From: Microthyrium microscopicum
Lineage: Eukaryota
DNA: 64,000 bases
Reading direction: 5' to 3'
Assembly: GCA_010405405.1 (NCBI GenBank)
Contig: MU004230.1
Location: forward strand, 3,955,119 to 4,019,118
The notes beneath the pieces were generated by a model. The model was not told the origin of the DNA. It ran no database searches and saw only the letters and a program-made list of their open reading frames with translations. The position numbers and the translations under genes were made by a program. Shown here in pieces: positions 39,941-52,511 of this stretch (its first letter is position 1; every line of letters starts with the position of its first letter).

Positions 39941-42900
39941 TTGAAGGCACATCAAAACATGAATAGTCGCGGGAAGTTGTTTTCATAGCCTTTCATGTGT
40001 TCATATGCCCAAGAGTACGTCAATTGACTCCCTATTCTTGCTTCTTGTTCTGCTGATTCTTGGTTCCAATTCGACAAGGCTGACGTTGTATGAGGCTGTG
40101 TCAAGACGACCACGAGCGAGTTGCTATCAGCCAGATGGTTGGATAGATCCAGCGGCAAGAACCGTCAATCAAAGGTCGAGAAAGCCAAAAATTAATTTAT
40201 CTCTCTGCAGAGTAGTCCAGGGGTGGATAAAGAGAAATAGGAGGACAACAGGCCAGTATATCAATCACGCCAGCACTAGAAAATGCAACCTGGGGGTCAT
40301 TGAATTCATCAGTCTAACTAAGAGTACTGCTCCTTCTACAGGCTTCCAGCTCATCTCCCTGGCGCCATGTTTGGAGCTTCGGAGAGCTGCCAGCCCACTT
40401 TACTACTCCCTGGCTTCGTTTTTCCCACCCATGCTGCGGGTGGTGATGGCAGTGGTGATCCTACACTTGCCAAGAGTTGTCATTGTGAGTGAAAGAAAAT
40501 ACCTCCTACAGCGGCTACTACTAACTGAAGGCTACAACTAGTGGTACATTAAAGGTTGCATGAGCCTGTTGAAACAATCACCCAACCGGATTCATGACTG
40601 GACGTTGACATTACCAGGGCCCATGCGAAAAGTCTCTGTTGGCAGCTTTGGCATCTTTCGATGCTTGCTCCGCCACGAAAGGCATGATAGAATTGGGCCT
40701 ATGACAAGGACAAGGCAAACTCAACGGGGCTAGTGCCACCTACGAGTCGACATAACTGGCGTGAACTGTCCATGCAGCCGCATGGCAGGCTTGCTTCCGC
40801 TTCAACTTCCCGAGCCTGGTTTCCTCAAGTCTCTCAGTAATCAGCCAGTGAAGTTGAAGATTTTTGGATTGCGGAATAAGTGGAGTACTTTTTCGGAACT
40901 TCGGTGGTATTTTTCCAAAATCTCGATATCCAAATACTACCACTGCTGCCAAGAGCATTCATGCGATATGCAGTTAGTTTGGGTATTTATTTGCAGTATT
41001 CGAAAGAAAAAGAAAAGTCTCTCATTCTGGATGGCTGATCAAGTCTAGACCGACATGATGCAGATATTCCTCTTTGCATATGCTGTATCCAATAGCAAGT
41101 CATTAAAAATCCAATTACCAGGCTGATACAATTCTTCCACGATCACCGTCCATGTTATCGAATCGATCTTTCCAAGTCTTGGAAAAAAAAGCGACTTTGA
41201 ACCGTGGTAGATGTCCTGATCCCCCGAAACATCAGTTTCTGCAAACACGATCTTCTCCTAGGACATGACAATCAGTTCCACGATTACCAAAACTCTTCAT
41301 CAACCAACAGCCTATCAGATACTCACTTTCCACTCAGTATTCCGCATTCCGCATTCCATATCTACAAGTAAAGATGTACCAGTACTGACGCTACCAGTCC
41401 AGTTATGAACTAGGCGCACAAGTTCTCCAATTTGTAAACAAGCTTTTCGCGACCCATCTGACAAGTGACAACCCAGGTATCCGCTGTATGGACATCAACC
41501 CGTATCTTGGCCCACCAGCCACGAATAGTTTCAACAATCATCCACCTTCATGGCGACAACTTGCATACTGCGGAAGCGCATCTGCCTGATACCGTAGAAC
41601 AGAAGCGTCATATCGCAGTACAACGCCACATCATGAACTGACAGCATGCCATAGAAGGAGCAATACTAGCACGTATAGCCTCATGGTTTAGCCAACCACC
41701 TTTCTCTTGGCTCAAATCCACCCAGTGGGGAAATTCACCCAATCCCCATCCCCTGAGTCGTGCGAAAAAATCGTCGTGTTCATACTAAGCCCTTGAGTAG
41801 GATCAGGGGAAATATGTTTCGACCTCAAAAGTCAGTTACAGTATAACCAGCCTTACAACATGCTTTTTTTCGCAAGCCATTGCGTCCCGTCGCAATTTCA
41901 GGAGTTACGAGAGATTGATTTTCGCGCAACGCCGAGTCGGTGAGCCCATGTTATGCGGTTGGAAAGGAATATTTAGGAGTTGGGAAAGTGGTGACGTTGG
42001 TGCATCAAATGAACCAGCATCCCATGCCCTGCAAAGTTGTGCGGAGAGAGCCGATGGGTCATCATTCTCATCCTTTAGACACTCTTCTAAGCATGCATGG
42101 CATGTAGCTGTGCCTCTTTGATATATCCACAGGGCTATGAACTGGGTGGCATAAGATAGACTAGCAATGAAAAGGGAAGTACGTAGTAGAAAAAGTGCTT
42201 AAGAAACCCCTCTTATTGACCCCTCAATCTGCTTTCGTGGCTTGCTAAAAATACTGCGTGGCGTGTTTGGGTGTGTTGTGATTGGCGTGAGAGATTAAAC
42301 TTCTGGGTGGGTCCGAGATTCAACTGTGATCGATTTGTGGATTTTCTGCCTCGTGGCGTAAGGGCAGGATAAGGCTGGAAAAGACGGTATGATACTGTAT
42401 CTTGCTTTTACATGCTTTAGTAGGTACGTACTCCTTTCTGAATGTTTCGATGGCTTTACATTCCGAGTCGTGTCGGGGAACTATCGGAAATTGGGAAACG
42501 ATATCCATCTGTATCTATTGCGATTAGAAAGGCTTTGCGTGGTTGGTTTTGCAAATTGTGTGCAGAGATGAGCTAGCTGTAGATTCCTTTTCATACAATT
42601 TGATCACCAGTATTTTATCTGTGAGATATTGAGAGAGTATGAGCAACGGATGTGACAACGAATTGGTTGATGAGTTCCGCATGCCGTAGACGACAAGCCA
42701 CACAATGAGTGATGTCTTTTGCAACATGAGTTTAATTCGATCTATGCGCTAGAAACCTGAACAGAATAAAGCAACCAAAACATCAATCCTTACACAGATT
42801 ACTCCTTAAACCCCCATGGAACGATCCCCAGTTGAAGCGCAAAGCATGATTCGCTTACAGGGCAAAGTCCAACCAGAGCTCTTTTGTGCAATTCTCATCA

Positions 42901-42945
42901 AAAAGAGCCGCCATATTGATTCGCAGCTATACTGACTTGCAAAGC

Positions 42946-45900
42946 TTATAGAGGCTTGCCGCCAATAAACTCGCTCCAGCGACGAACTTCAGATGGGATG
43001 CTGCCTTCTTGTCGGGGCAGCTTTTGGTTCATACATGTCGCAAAGAGGACAGCAGTCTAGACACAATTGTTAGTATAAATTACAGTGAAGGTTGAGGTGG
43101 AGGATATCATACCTTTGGTTCCAAAAAGAGTGGCACACCGAAATCAACAGCATTTCGACGCATAACATAATCTTCATCAACGAGCGACTTTGCGCGGCTG
43201 TGCGCAAGGTTGAAGACACCACGAATATCGTTCTTTGCAAACACTTCGCGCAGAGCTTTCTTGTCTTCCACAGGGAAGTCAATGACTTCGACTGACGCAC
43301 CCTCTACCGCGCTCTCCAAGGCAGCCTTGGTTGTCTCATTGGCAGCAAACAATTTGTACTTGAGTGGCGCTAGTTGTCGGACAATTTCAGAAAGCTCGTC
43401 GGTGAACTCACCACCGAAGAGCAGACCCTCACCAGGTTCGGGCATGCGGAAATTCATAGTGCTTTGCATGGCGGCCCAGTAAGCTTCGATCTTGTCGCGA
43501 CCGAAGCAGGCCATTTCTCCGGTTGAGCTCATTTCGACGCCGAGATATGGATCGGCACCGGCGAGACGGGTCCAGGAGAATTGAGGGACCTTGATGGCGA
43601 GGTAGTCGCGCTTGACGGCCATGGGGTCGACAGGCTCAGGGACCTCTTTGCCGACTAGAGCTTTGGTTGCTACGTCGATGAAGTTGGTGCCGAGAACTTT
43701 GGAGGAGAATGGAAAGGAACGAGACGCGCGGAGATTACATTCGATAACTTTCAGAGCGGGTTCACCACCGTTGGGATTCTCGGCTTTAATGATTTGCATG
43801 TTGAAGGGACCGGTAATTTTCCAAGCCTTAGCAACACGTTCGGCAATGTCCTTGATGCGGTCCATGGTGGTTTGGTCGAGGTCAACGGGAGGTAGGATGA
43901 GTGTGGCATCACCAGAGTGGACACCAGCGTTCTCGACATGCTCCGATACAGCGTGAATGAGAAGCTGCCCATTGCTGCCGACAGCGTCAACATCGATTTC
44001 CTTGGCTCCTTCAATGTACTGTGAGATGACAACTGGATGGTCTGGTGATACGTTGGCAGCGGCGGTCAGTTTCTCAGCGAGCTCAGCTTGGCTCTTGATG
44101 ACTGTCATAGCAGCACCCGATAGAACGTAACTTGGGCGGACAAGAACAGGGTAACCAACAGAGTCAGCAAACTCTTCAGCCTCCTTGAGGGAGGTAAGTT
44201 CCTTCCAGGCTGGCTGATCGACTCCAATGTCATCAAGAATAGAAGAGAACTTGTGACGATCTTCGGCTTTGTCGATGTCATGTGGATCCGTTCCGAGTAC
44301 CTTGGCCTTTCCGGTTTCTTGAAGCTTGAGGGCGATATTTTGGGGAAGCTGTCCTCCAACGGAAACAACGACACCGGAGGCAGATTCGAGATCATAGATA
44401 TCCATGACACGCTCGTAGCTGAGCTCTTCAAAGTAGAGTCGGTCGGCAACATCAAAATCGGTGGAATAAGTCTCTGGGTTGTAGTTGATCATGACGGTTT
44501 TCTTTCCAAGCTTGTTGAGCGACAAGGTAGCGTTCACAGCACACCAATCGAACTCGACAGAGCTTCCAATACGGTAAACACCGCTTCCAAGAACAAGCAC
44601 ACCATGGTCGTCAAATGTGACATCGTGGGTGCTGGCGTTATAGGTAGTGTAAAGGTAGTTGGTATCGGCAGGGAACTCAGCAGCAAGGGTATCGATCTTC
44701 TTGACCCAGGGCCTGATGCCAAAGCTCAGTCTCCTGGCTCGAACCTCATCCTCAGTGCTGTTTACTGCAGCGGCAATTTGCTTATCCGAGAAACCCATCT
44801 TCTTGGCGCTGGTAATGAGCTCTTTCTTGAGCCCAAAGAGGCTGCCAATTTCTTGCATTTCTTTGGTGCAGTCGACAATGTTCTTGAGCTTGTAGAGGAA
44901 CCACTTGTCGATTTTGGTTAGATCGTGGAGCTTGTCAACTGAGTAGCCTTCATGGAACATGGCCTGGCCAACAGCAAGCCATCGACGATCGGTCGGGTTC
45001 TTGAGGGTGTCGTCGAGGTCGTCGAATTGATCTCCTTGGAAACCGTTCCACTTGGGATCAACCATACGGGCAGCTTTCTGGAAGGATTCTTCAAAGGTAC
45101 GTCCAATAGCCATAACTTCACCGACCGACTTCATGGAACTTCCAATATCACGCTTGACGTTTTGAAACTTGGCAAGATCCCATCGGGGCATCTTTGTGAC
45201 AATATAATCCAGAGAAGGCTCGAAGTTTGCAGTGGTAGTCTTGGTGACAGCATTAGGTAATTCGGGAAGGGTATGACCTAGACCAATCTTTGCGGCGGTA
45301 TAAGCGAGGGGATATCCGGTGGCTTTCGAAGCGAGAGCAGAGGATCGAGATAGACGAGCGTTGACCTCGATAACCCGATAGTCGAGACCATCAGGCTGTA
45401 GGGCGTACTGAACGTTGCATTCGCCCACAACTCCTAAGTGACGAACAATCTTGATAGCAGCGGATCGGAGCATATGATATTCCTCGTCAGAGAATGTTTG
45501 ACTGGGAGATACGACGATACTGTCACCAGTGTGGACTCCGAGGGGATCAAAATTCTCCATGTTGCAGACGGTAATGCAGTTGTCGGAGGCATCACGGACG
45601 ACTTCATACTCGGCTTCCTTCCAACCCTTGAGCGATTTCTCGACCAAGATCTGAGGCGACAGTGTCAAAGATTTGGAAGCTAGATTCTGAAGTTCCTCGG
45701 GGTTGTTGGCGAAGCCGGATCCAAGACCTCCAAGTGCGAATGCAGCGCGAACAATGATGGGATATCCAATCTGATCAGCAGCTGCGAGAGCATCATCCAA
45801 GGTCGTCACTGCAATAGACTCTGCAACAGGAATATTGATATCTTTCAAGGCATTGGCGAACAGCTCGCGATCTTCGGAAAGCTCCAATGTTCGGACACTA

Positions 45901-46698
45901 GTTCCAAGGACTCGTACACCGTATTTCTCGAAAATACCCATATGCTGCATCTTGACACCCAGATTGAGAGCCGTTTGGCCACCAAAGCTGAGGAAAATGC
46001 CATCTGGCTTCTCTCGTTGGATAACATATTCGACGTATTCTGGAGTGACTGGGAGATAGTAGATCTCATCGGCAAGGACGTGGGAGGTTTGGATAGTCGC
46101 GATATTAGGATTGATCAAAACGGAGGCAACGCCGGCTTCTTTGAGGGCCTTGAGAGCTTGCGAGCCTATTTTGAATACGAGTTAGCGACTGTAGTCTGCA
46201 ATAGCAAGTAGAACTCTTGGCAGGTACATGCTCCTGCCGCTCTCGCGAAGGCGGTGAGTCACAACCAAAGTACAGAAGGACATGTAAACAACAATAAAAA
46301 GACGTGGAAATGCAGGAAATTGGGTAATTGATCGTACCAGAGTAATCAAATTCACCAGCTTGGCCAATTGCCAGACCACCAGAGCCGATAACTAGCACTT
46401 TCTTGACATCGATCAAGTCGCGTGCTCCAGCGATAGCCCCGCTGTTCAGATAAGCCTGAGCATTGGGTGCTTCCTGGGTAGCGTTTTGCTTGGAAGCAGA
46501 GGCAGAGAGAAGGCGGATTTGGCGATTTGAAGCCTGGATTGGCTGTTTGGCAGCAATTGAGGCTCTAAGGGGAGCGCGATTGGCTGTTGTGAAGCTCCGA
46601 ATGGAGCTCTGCTGCCATCGAGTGCACTGCGGGGAGGAGCATGACGAGAGACGGGTGCGGGAGAGAAGATGTCGAGGCAGGCGCATAGAGGATGCCAT
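42946..46698 (-). CDS. CPA2: Carbamoyl-phosphate synthase, arginine-specific large chain (mitochondrial presequence)
   Basis: KKVLVIGSGGLAIGQAGEFDYSG, duplicated ATP-grasp halves, GSGVYRIGSSVEFDW and a C-terminal MGS domain; Arg/Ser-rich presequence; introns 46166-46337 and 43057-43112. Confidence 0.97.
46255..46261. promoter_or_regulatory. Candidate Gcn4/CpcA/Cpc-1 site (TGAGTCA) in CPA2 intron 1
   Basis: Perfect TGASTCA in the 172-nt first intron of an arginine-biosynthesis gene; a 7-mer can occur by chance. Confidence 0.4.
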
Positions 46699-47510
46699 TG
46701 CCAGAGGAATAGTACGAGAAGAAAAAGAAAGGAGCCCTTTGGCTCAATGGGTGTGTTTGAAGCTCAGATTGAAGAGCTGGTGGAGAGTAGCGACTTTAGA
46801 TAATTTTGAAGCTGGGAGGGGTGCGTCAATGGTCAATCAATGGTCAATGGCGGAGACCGAGGAGAGACGATGAATGTTTTTTGGGACCCCTTCACAACAC
46901 AACAGAAATAAAAGAGAGGTAAGATACAAAATTAAGAGGAGAAGAGGAGTCGGTAGAAAGATGGGCAATGATAGTCATTAATTGGAGAAGATTTGCTGTT
47001 TCGTCATTCTCTGAAATTTCTGGACGGGAAAATTCTAACTGGAATGAGACGTCAAAAAAAATTCCTGCAGCTCAACTTTCTCTCCTCCAGAGTGGGGTTA
47101 ACTCCAACCCTGCCGCATCTCAACCATTTCTTCTACAACTCGGAATTGACTTTGAATTAGTATTAACTACTAGCCGTTTGGTTGGCTGCTTGGGCTACTT
47201 TGGTCCACGGCTGTTTTAAACGTGGAAATTTGCGCGCTCACGCAATACACCTGGCCTTGAGCCCTTCAGTCTCTGCTCTTGCGTGACTGATGCCGTGTCT
47301 CTCCATATTTTTATGTCCCTCTTTTGTGTACAAGTAAACAAACAATATTGGGGTATCCATACAGTAGGTATTATGTTTGTACAATCGTGGCCCGTTCTTC
47401 AATGCGCGCCTCTCAGGTAAGGTTTGATGATGCTTTGGTCGTCAACACCATTGTGATATCGTACATCCGTCTTTGACATCTGGTCTGGCTGTCGTATCTT
47501 GATCCTCTCT

Positions 47511-48364
47511 TCATACCTTATCCCCTATATCTTTCGTCCTCGTCTTATACTCCCTCGGACTCTCCAACTTCTTCGCTCCCATCAATCTCCTCCACACACT
47601 CTCTTCCACCCACATCCCCACCCTTCCCTTCCTCGCCTTCTCCTCCGCTTCCTTATACATATTCTCCCTCCCACCAAACTCTGCTCCAAACTTGGCCTCA
47701 TACATCCCCGCCATACCCGCCTTCAACATCTCCAAACCCACATCCTTCCTCATCAACCACCCCAGCACTCCCCGCCGAATAAACACCGTACCCACGACCC
47801 GTGAATACTGATCTTTCCGCCACAACTGAACCCTCACGCGCCGACCAAGCACATACGCCGACAGCCAATCCAGCGCCTCCCTTCCATAAGGTTGCGCCGG
47901 TTTCCCAAAATGCGCCAACTCAGGCGCATCAATTCCCGCCAACCGCACATGTATCTAACAACCCCATCAGCACTCCCCTTCCCACTCCCCTTACGTTCGC
48001 TGTCATCACTCACCGTATTATCCCGCAATTCCTCCCTCGTCGCAGGGACCTTCCGTCCAGGCATCCAACCCCAGCCCGCGAGCCGTCCACCCGGCGTATG
48101 AAAGACTCGAAAGTTATCACCATCGCCTACACTCGTAACCTGTCCAAAGACAGTGCGCTCACGCAGCCAATGCGGAGGTATATGATCGGCGGTAGGAATG
48201 CGGCGTAAGTTACGTTTGTAGAAGCGGATTGCGCCGAGGGAGGCGGCGGTTAGGAGGACGGAGGAGGCGAGGACTTCAGGGCGGGAGAAGGTTGTTGTTA
48301 GACGCGTGCGCCAATCGTCGGCGGTTTGGTCATCTGTTTGGGCGCGTGAGAGGGGCCATGGCAT
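47511..48364 (-). CDS. LCL3: Staphylococcal-nuclease-like endonuclease
   Basis: TM segment, [30 protein letters not shown] and DQYSRVVG; intron 47955-48013. Confidence 0.92.
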
Positions 48365-48630
48365 TGTTGTAAGCCGGGCGTTGAGGTGATTGAGTGGAGA
48401 GAGGGGGGAAGGTTGTGTGTAGTTGAGGATTGATGGGGGAAGGAGATTTAAGTGTTTATTCTTTTTTTGGGTAAAGGGATGGGGACAGATTCTTGGGGGT
48501 TGTGGTCTGTGCTTTTTTTGGGGGATTGTGCATCTGGCATTTGATGCAAGATATCTGGTCAATTTAAGCTTGCCATTCTACACTTACATTTCCTTCTACT
48601 TTTCCTGCGCGTGAAGTGATTACGACCATC

Positions 48631-49069
48631 ATGTTCTTCGGCTTTGGAAATATAATACTCGGTATGCTACTTTTATTCACAGAGCGACTTGCGCGCGTGT
48701 GCTAACATTGCCTTAGTTGGCCTTCTCCTGGTGAATGCCATCGCCGTACTCTCAGAAGACCGCTTCCTGGCGCGCAGTAAGTCCTCCTACAGACAAAACC
48801 CATGCGATACGAACTGATGAGACATTAGTTGGATGGTCGACGACAGTGCAAGAATCTAGCTTTGGCGGCGCGCAAGATAACCAGAGTGTCAAGGCCAAAC
48901 TCGTCAACCTAATCGCTTCCGTCCGCACACTACTACGAAGTACGTCGCCCGAATATCCTTACTATCCACACATATACATCCGAACGTCTTTGCTAATGTG
49001 TTGTGGAAAACAGTACCGCTGATCATATTAAACACCGTTGTGGTCATCTACCTTATAATCCTGGGTTAA
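48631..49069 (+). CDS. YOS1: Yos1 ER-Golgi transport membrane protein (4 exons; not in ORF track)
   Basis: Spliced product MFFGFGNIILVGLLLVNAIAVLSEDRFLARIGW...SVKAKLVNLIASVRTLLRIPLIILNTVVVIYLIILG*. Confidence 0.92.
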
Positions 49070-49674
49070 CGAGCTTGGGAATTGCATTGCAGGTGTATAG
49101 GAGTCTGGGATTCCCTGTGGGACGGCGTTTTGAACGAAACCATGTACGAATAATACAACAGGGGTGTAGACAAGAGCTTGTTGACGGAAGAACGTTGGCG
49201 CATAATCTGGCTGAGGGATCTACATCTACAAATATCTTCACCAGCACATCAAGGGGGTGAGCGGCATCACGAGGCTGGTATCAACAAAGTGAGAAAAGAT
49301 AGTGCCGAGACTCACACCGAGTCGGCTTGAATTGGATGTCACTCCATCAAACATACATGTACAAAAGCTGGCTCCAAGCCATATCAAAGCGTCCACCATT
49401 TGCCAAATGAATCGGGCATTTCATTTCGTCCTTCATTTCCAGTCATCGAATGTCAAGCCCCCAGAGCAGCGGTTTCCTGCGGGTGACAACTAGTTCTATA
49501 CAAAGACCAAGAAAGTTTCGCGTTAAGTCTGTGATAAGCCACCTTTCGTGCAGAATGATCGCAAATGATGCTAGTCTTTTGTTATGTACAATGCCAGGCG
49601 AGAGAATATAGACAATCGAGCAAAAGAAGCATAATGCATGTGCCGCCAAACAGTGCAAAATAGAAATAATGGTA

Positions 49675-52511
49675 TCATATGCCTGCGACGCTCTTTTTAC
49701 GTCCAAGGCCGAAAAATCCGCGCTTTTCCTTCTTTCGACCGCTTTGCTGCTCTATTGGAGGTAGCGCGGTCGGAGTCGGCGTGCGAGCCATCGTCTCTCT
49801 CGTATCCGGCGTCAGAGATCTATTGTGATTCGGTATTTGATGATCGGGTGTCTGTCGGCCAGGAGTATGATTCTGAGGTGTGTGATTTTGGGGTGTATCA
49901 ATGGGCGTGGGTATGGCGTGGAACATCGGAGGTGGTAGGCCTGGTGTGGGAGGTAGAGGCGGGAGATTGGGTGGCTCGGCGGGTTCATGTTGGGACATCG
50001 AGGGAATGGAAGGAAGAGACGGTGAGGAGGCGAGTGAGTACTGAGAGTCAGAGGGTGGCGACATTATATGCGGTATTGGCGGTATTATGAGTGAGGGCTG
50101 CTCAGGAGCTTCAGCTACAGGCTGAACTGATGGTGGATTATGGGACAATTCTCCTTTGCTTTTAGTCGAGCCCCAAAGTTTCGGTTTGCCTTTCATGCTC
50201 TTGGTCTTGAAGCGGTTCATACTCGAGCTGAAGAAACCATTCGTCGCCGAATCCTTGTGAGGTTCTGCCAGGGGCGTGGGTGTTGTATCTTCTTGTACCG
50301 GTGTAACTACTGATTCCTGAGCTGCTGGTAGTTGTAAAGTGGCTGGCATTTCTTCCTGTGTTTGGCTGTTTCGACTCCCACCTTCTGATATTGACGTCCT
50401 GGATACTACTGGAGATGGAGCGACGTCTTCTTTCAGAACGTCTCTCTTACTCTGCCACCTATGCAGCATATTAGGCTCCCTTTTCTTCTCCTTGGGCAAT
50501 TTGGGCAAGTCTTTTTCATGGGCTTTGGCATCCGCTTCTTGATCGACGGCTTTCTTGAGTACAGTGCTCTTCTTTCGATTAAGGAATGGTAAAATTGGAC
50601 TGCTGGTAACATGCTCTAGGGCGTTGGAAAACGGGGGCGCGCCATTTGGCGGCGCTGCGGAAGGACTAAGTGGTGCCGTGAATGATCGATCTAGGCTTGG
50701 AAATTCGGTTTCTTCGTGAGTAGGTGATGGAGGTGAGAATGATCCGTTTGCATTTACGTATGGTCCGTTTGCCTTGCCGTTGGGTTGGAGGCCTGGTTCT
50801 TTGGATCCCATGGTAAATGGCTGTGATATCGCCATTCGATCTTCCTCATCCATATCCTTCTCCGCTGCCTCAAATGTGGTCTCCTGGTAGAACAGGACGT
50901 ATGCGCAAGCCAGTCCTTGTTCGCTGCCAAAGTACTGACGCACAAATCCCTTCTCAACGGGTTCCACATTCTCGTCGTCGAAAAGCAGCCAACCCCATTC
51001 TTGAGTTTTTATTATAGACACGTAATGACCCTGATAAGGGCTCATTCCGATGTGAACCACAACCGCATAAAGTTCGTAGAGCTTGTCCTGGTCCTCGGCA
51101 TCGTCTGTCAAATTAAAAAGACGTAAGTAGTAAGGATATGCTACACGATGGTGTAATTTCTGAAGCCGTTGGAGATCCTCGGTATAAGTAAAGCGCTTCA
51201 AATGCAATGCAAGGATTTTTGGTAGCCTTTTGATCTTCATCCGTTTTTCCGCCTCTTGCAGGCCATTACAGCTGTCGCAATGAAATTTGTTGCGTTCGTT
51301 CAGCATTTCTTCTTCTGAGAATTTCAACAGGCATGATGTAACGGACGAAAACAGTCCAAGGTCCACCGAAAGATCCAGATAGGCCTCTTCTCGAGCTGAT
51401 GTGTTTTGGCACGTCAAGCATTTCGTTTCCGATGTCAGCGTTCCTTCAAACAGTTCATGAACCCATTTGGTGTTGGGAATGACCTGATGCAGAGAATCTA
51501 TCGATGAACCGTCTGATCTAGCATGGCTTCCGCTTTCCGAGTTTTGCTTGGACATTTGTTTTGCGTATTTTTCCATGTCCTCAACAATTTCATTCAGCAC
51601 AAAATTTAAGCACTCGTGTGCATCCTGATGCATAGGAACCGAGAATACACTATTCAATGATCTGACAAGATCTGTTCCTCGTCTCGGGCTGACCACGCCT
51701 ATCCTGGATTCGTGTTCTATTATGTTCTCAAAAATATCTTTCAGACTTGTAAACATGCTCTCAGGCATGTCATATCTCGACCCGCTGGCCTGGTCCATTT
51801 GTAGTATTGGGCCGGTAGCAAGAGCCAATTTCTTCTTATACTCGGACGAGTCTTTGTTTTCCTCCTTTCCGGGTGGTGGTGGTGGCACTACGACGGGAGT
51901 ATTCGATTTCTTGACGGGTGAGGCAGGCGAGGCATTGTTAATCTTGAGCCGTAACGGGGATAACGGAGCCATGATACCAAGACCATTGGTGTTAACAGGC
52001 GACGTCTCGGCGCCATTGGTTTCTATGGGTGTGGAATCGAGGTTCGTCGCGTGCGGTGCGCTTAATTGCGATCGGTTCGGAAAATTAAGGATGTGTTCCC
52101 GGAATGGAGGCGAGTGGTATAGGCACTGTATTATGGAGTTGTAATAGCTGCAAATTGCGTTAGCGAATTCACAATGAAAGAGGTAGAAGTAGTACCATGT
52201 GCTCCCAAACTGCTTCATCGTTAGCATGGATCTTTGCAGGAATATCAGGCCAGACTCACATTTTCCATTCCAAACAATTTATCACTTCCATCATCTCTGT
52301 TCGGCCCAGCATCGGCCAGGAGCTTCTCGAGGGGTGAAAGTTGCGGCGCATTTGGATCTTTCTTGGTCGCAGCGTGGCCATTCGCAGTCGTGGCGTTGCC
52401 CTACGCGAGATCTGGTGTTAGCCGGAACAATACGAGGAGTAGTGCAACCGAGGGTGATCGCAGAGAGATACATACTGAGCTTCCTTTGAACTTGCTCAGA
52501 AACGAGGACAT
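49675..52511 (-). CDS. creB: Ubiquitin C-terminal hydrolase, CreB/USP12-46 type
   Basis: GMEN|FGSTC|YYNS Cys box (Cys codon split by an intron), HQDAHE, LHLKRF and His box GHYVSIIK..WLLFDD; long Pro-rich tail. Confidence 0.88.

Noticed and set aside
41761..41874. 10-bp inverted repeat TGCGAAAAAA/TTTTTTCGCA
   Set aside because: Short and low in complexity; compatible with chance.
43210..46211. Antisense ORFs over CPA2
   Set aside because: Shadow ORFs of a codon-biased gene.
46699..47000. Arginine attenuator peptide uORF upstream of CPA2
   Set aside because: None seen; that element belongs to the small-subunit gene (CPA1/arg-2).
25216..48364. RNase T2 and LCL3 nucleases as partners of the YTH-like genes
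   Set aside because: Both are ordinary conserved genes lying more than 9 kb from the clusters; no evidence of linkage.
49840..49900. TPQNH repeats in the CreB tail
   Set aside because: Ordinary low-complexity repeat in a disordered region.
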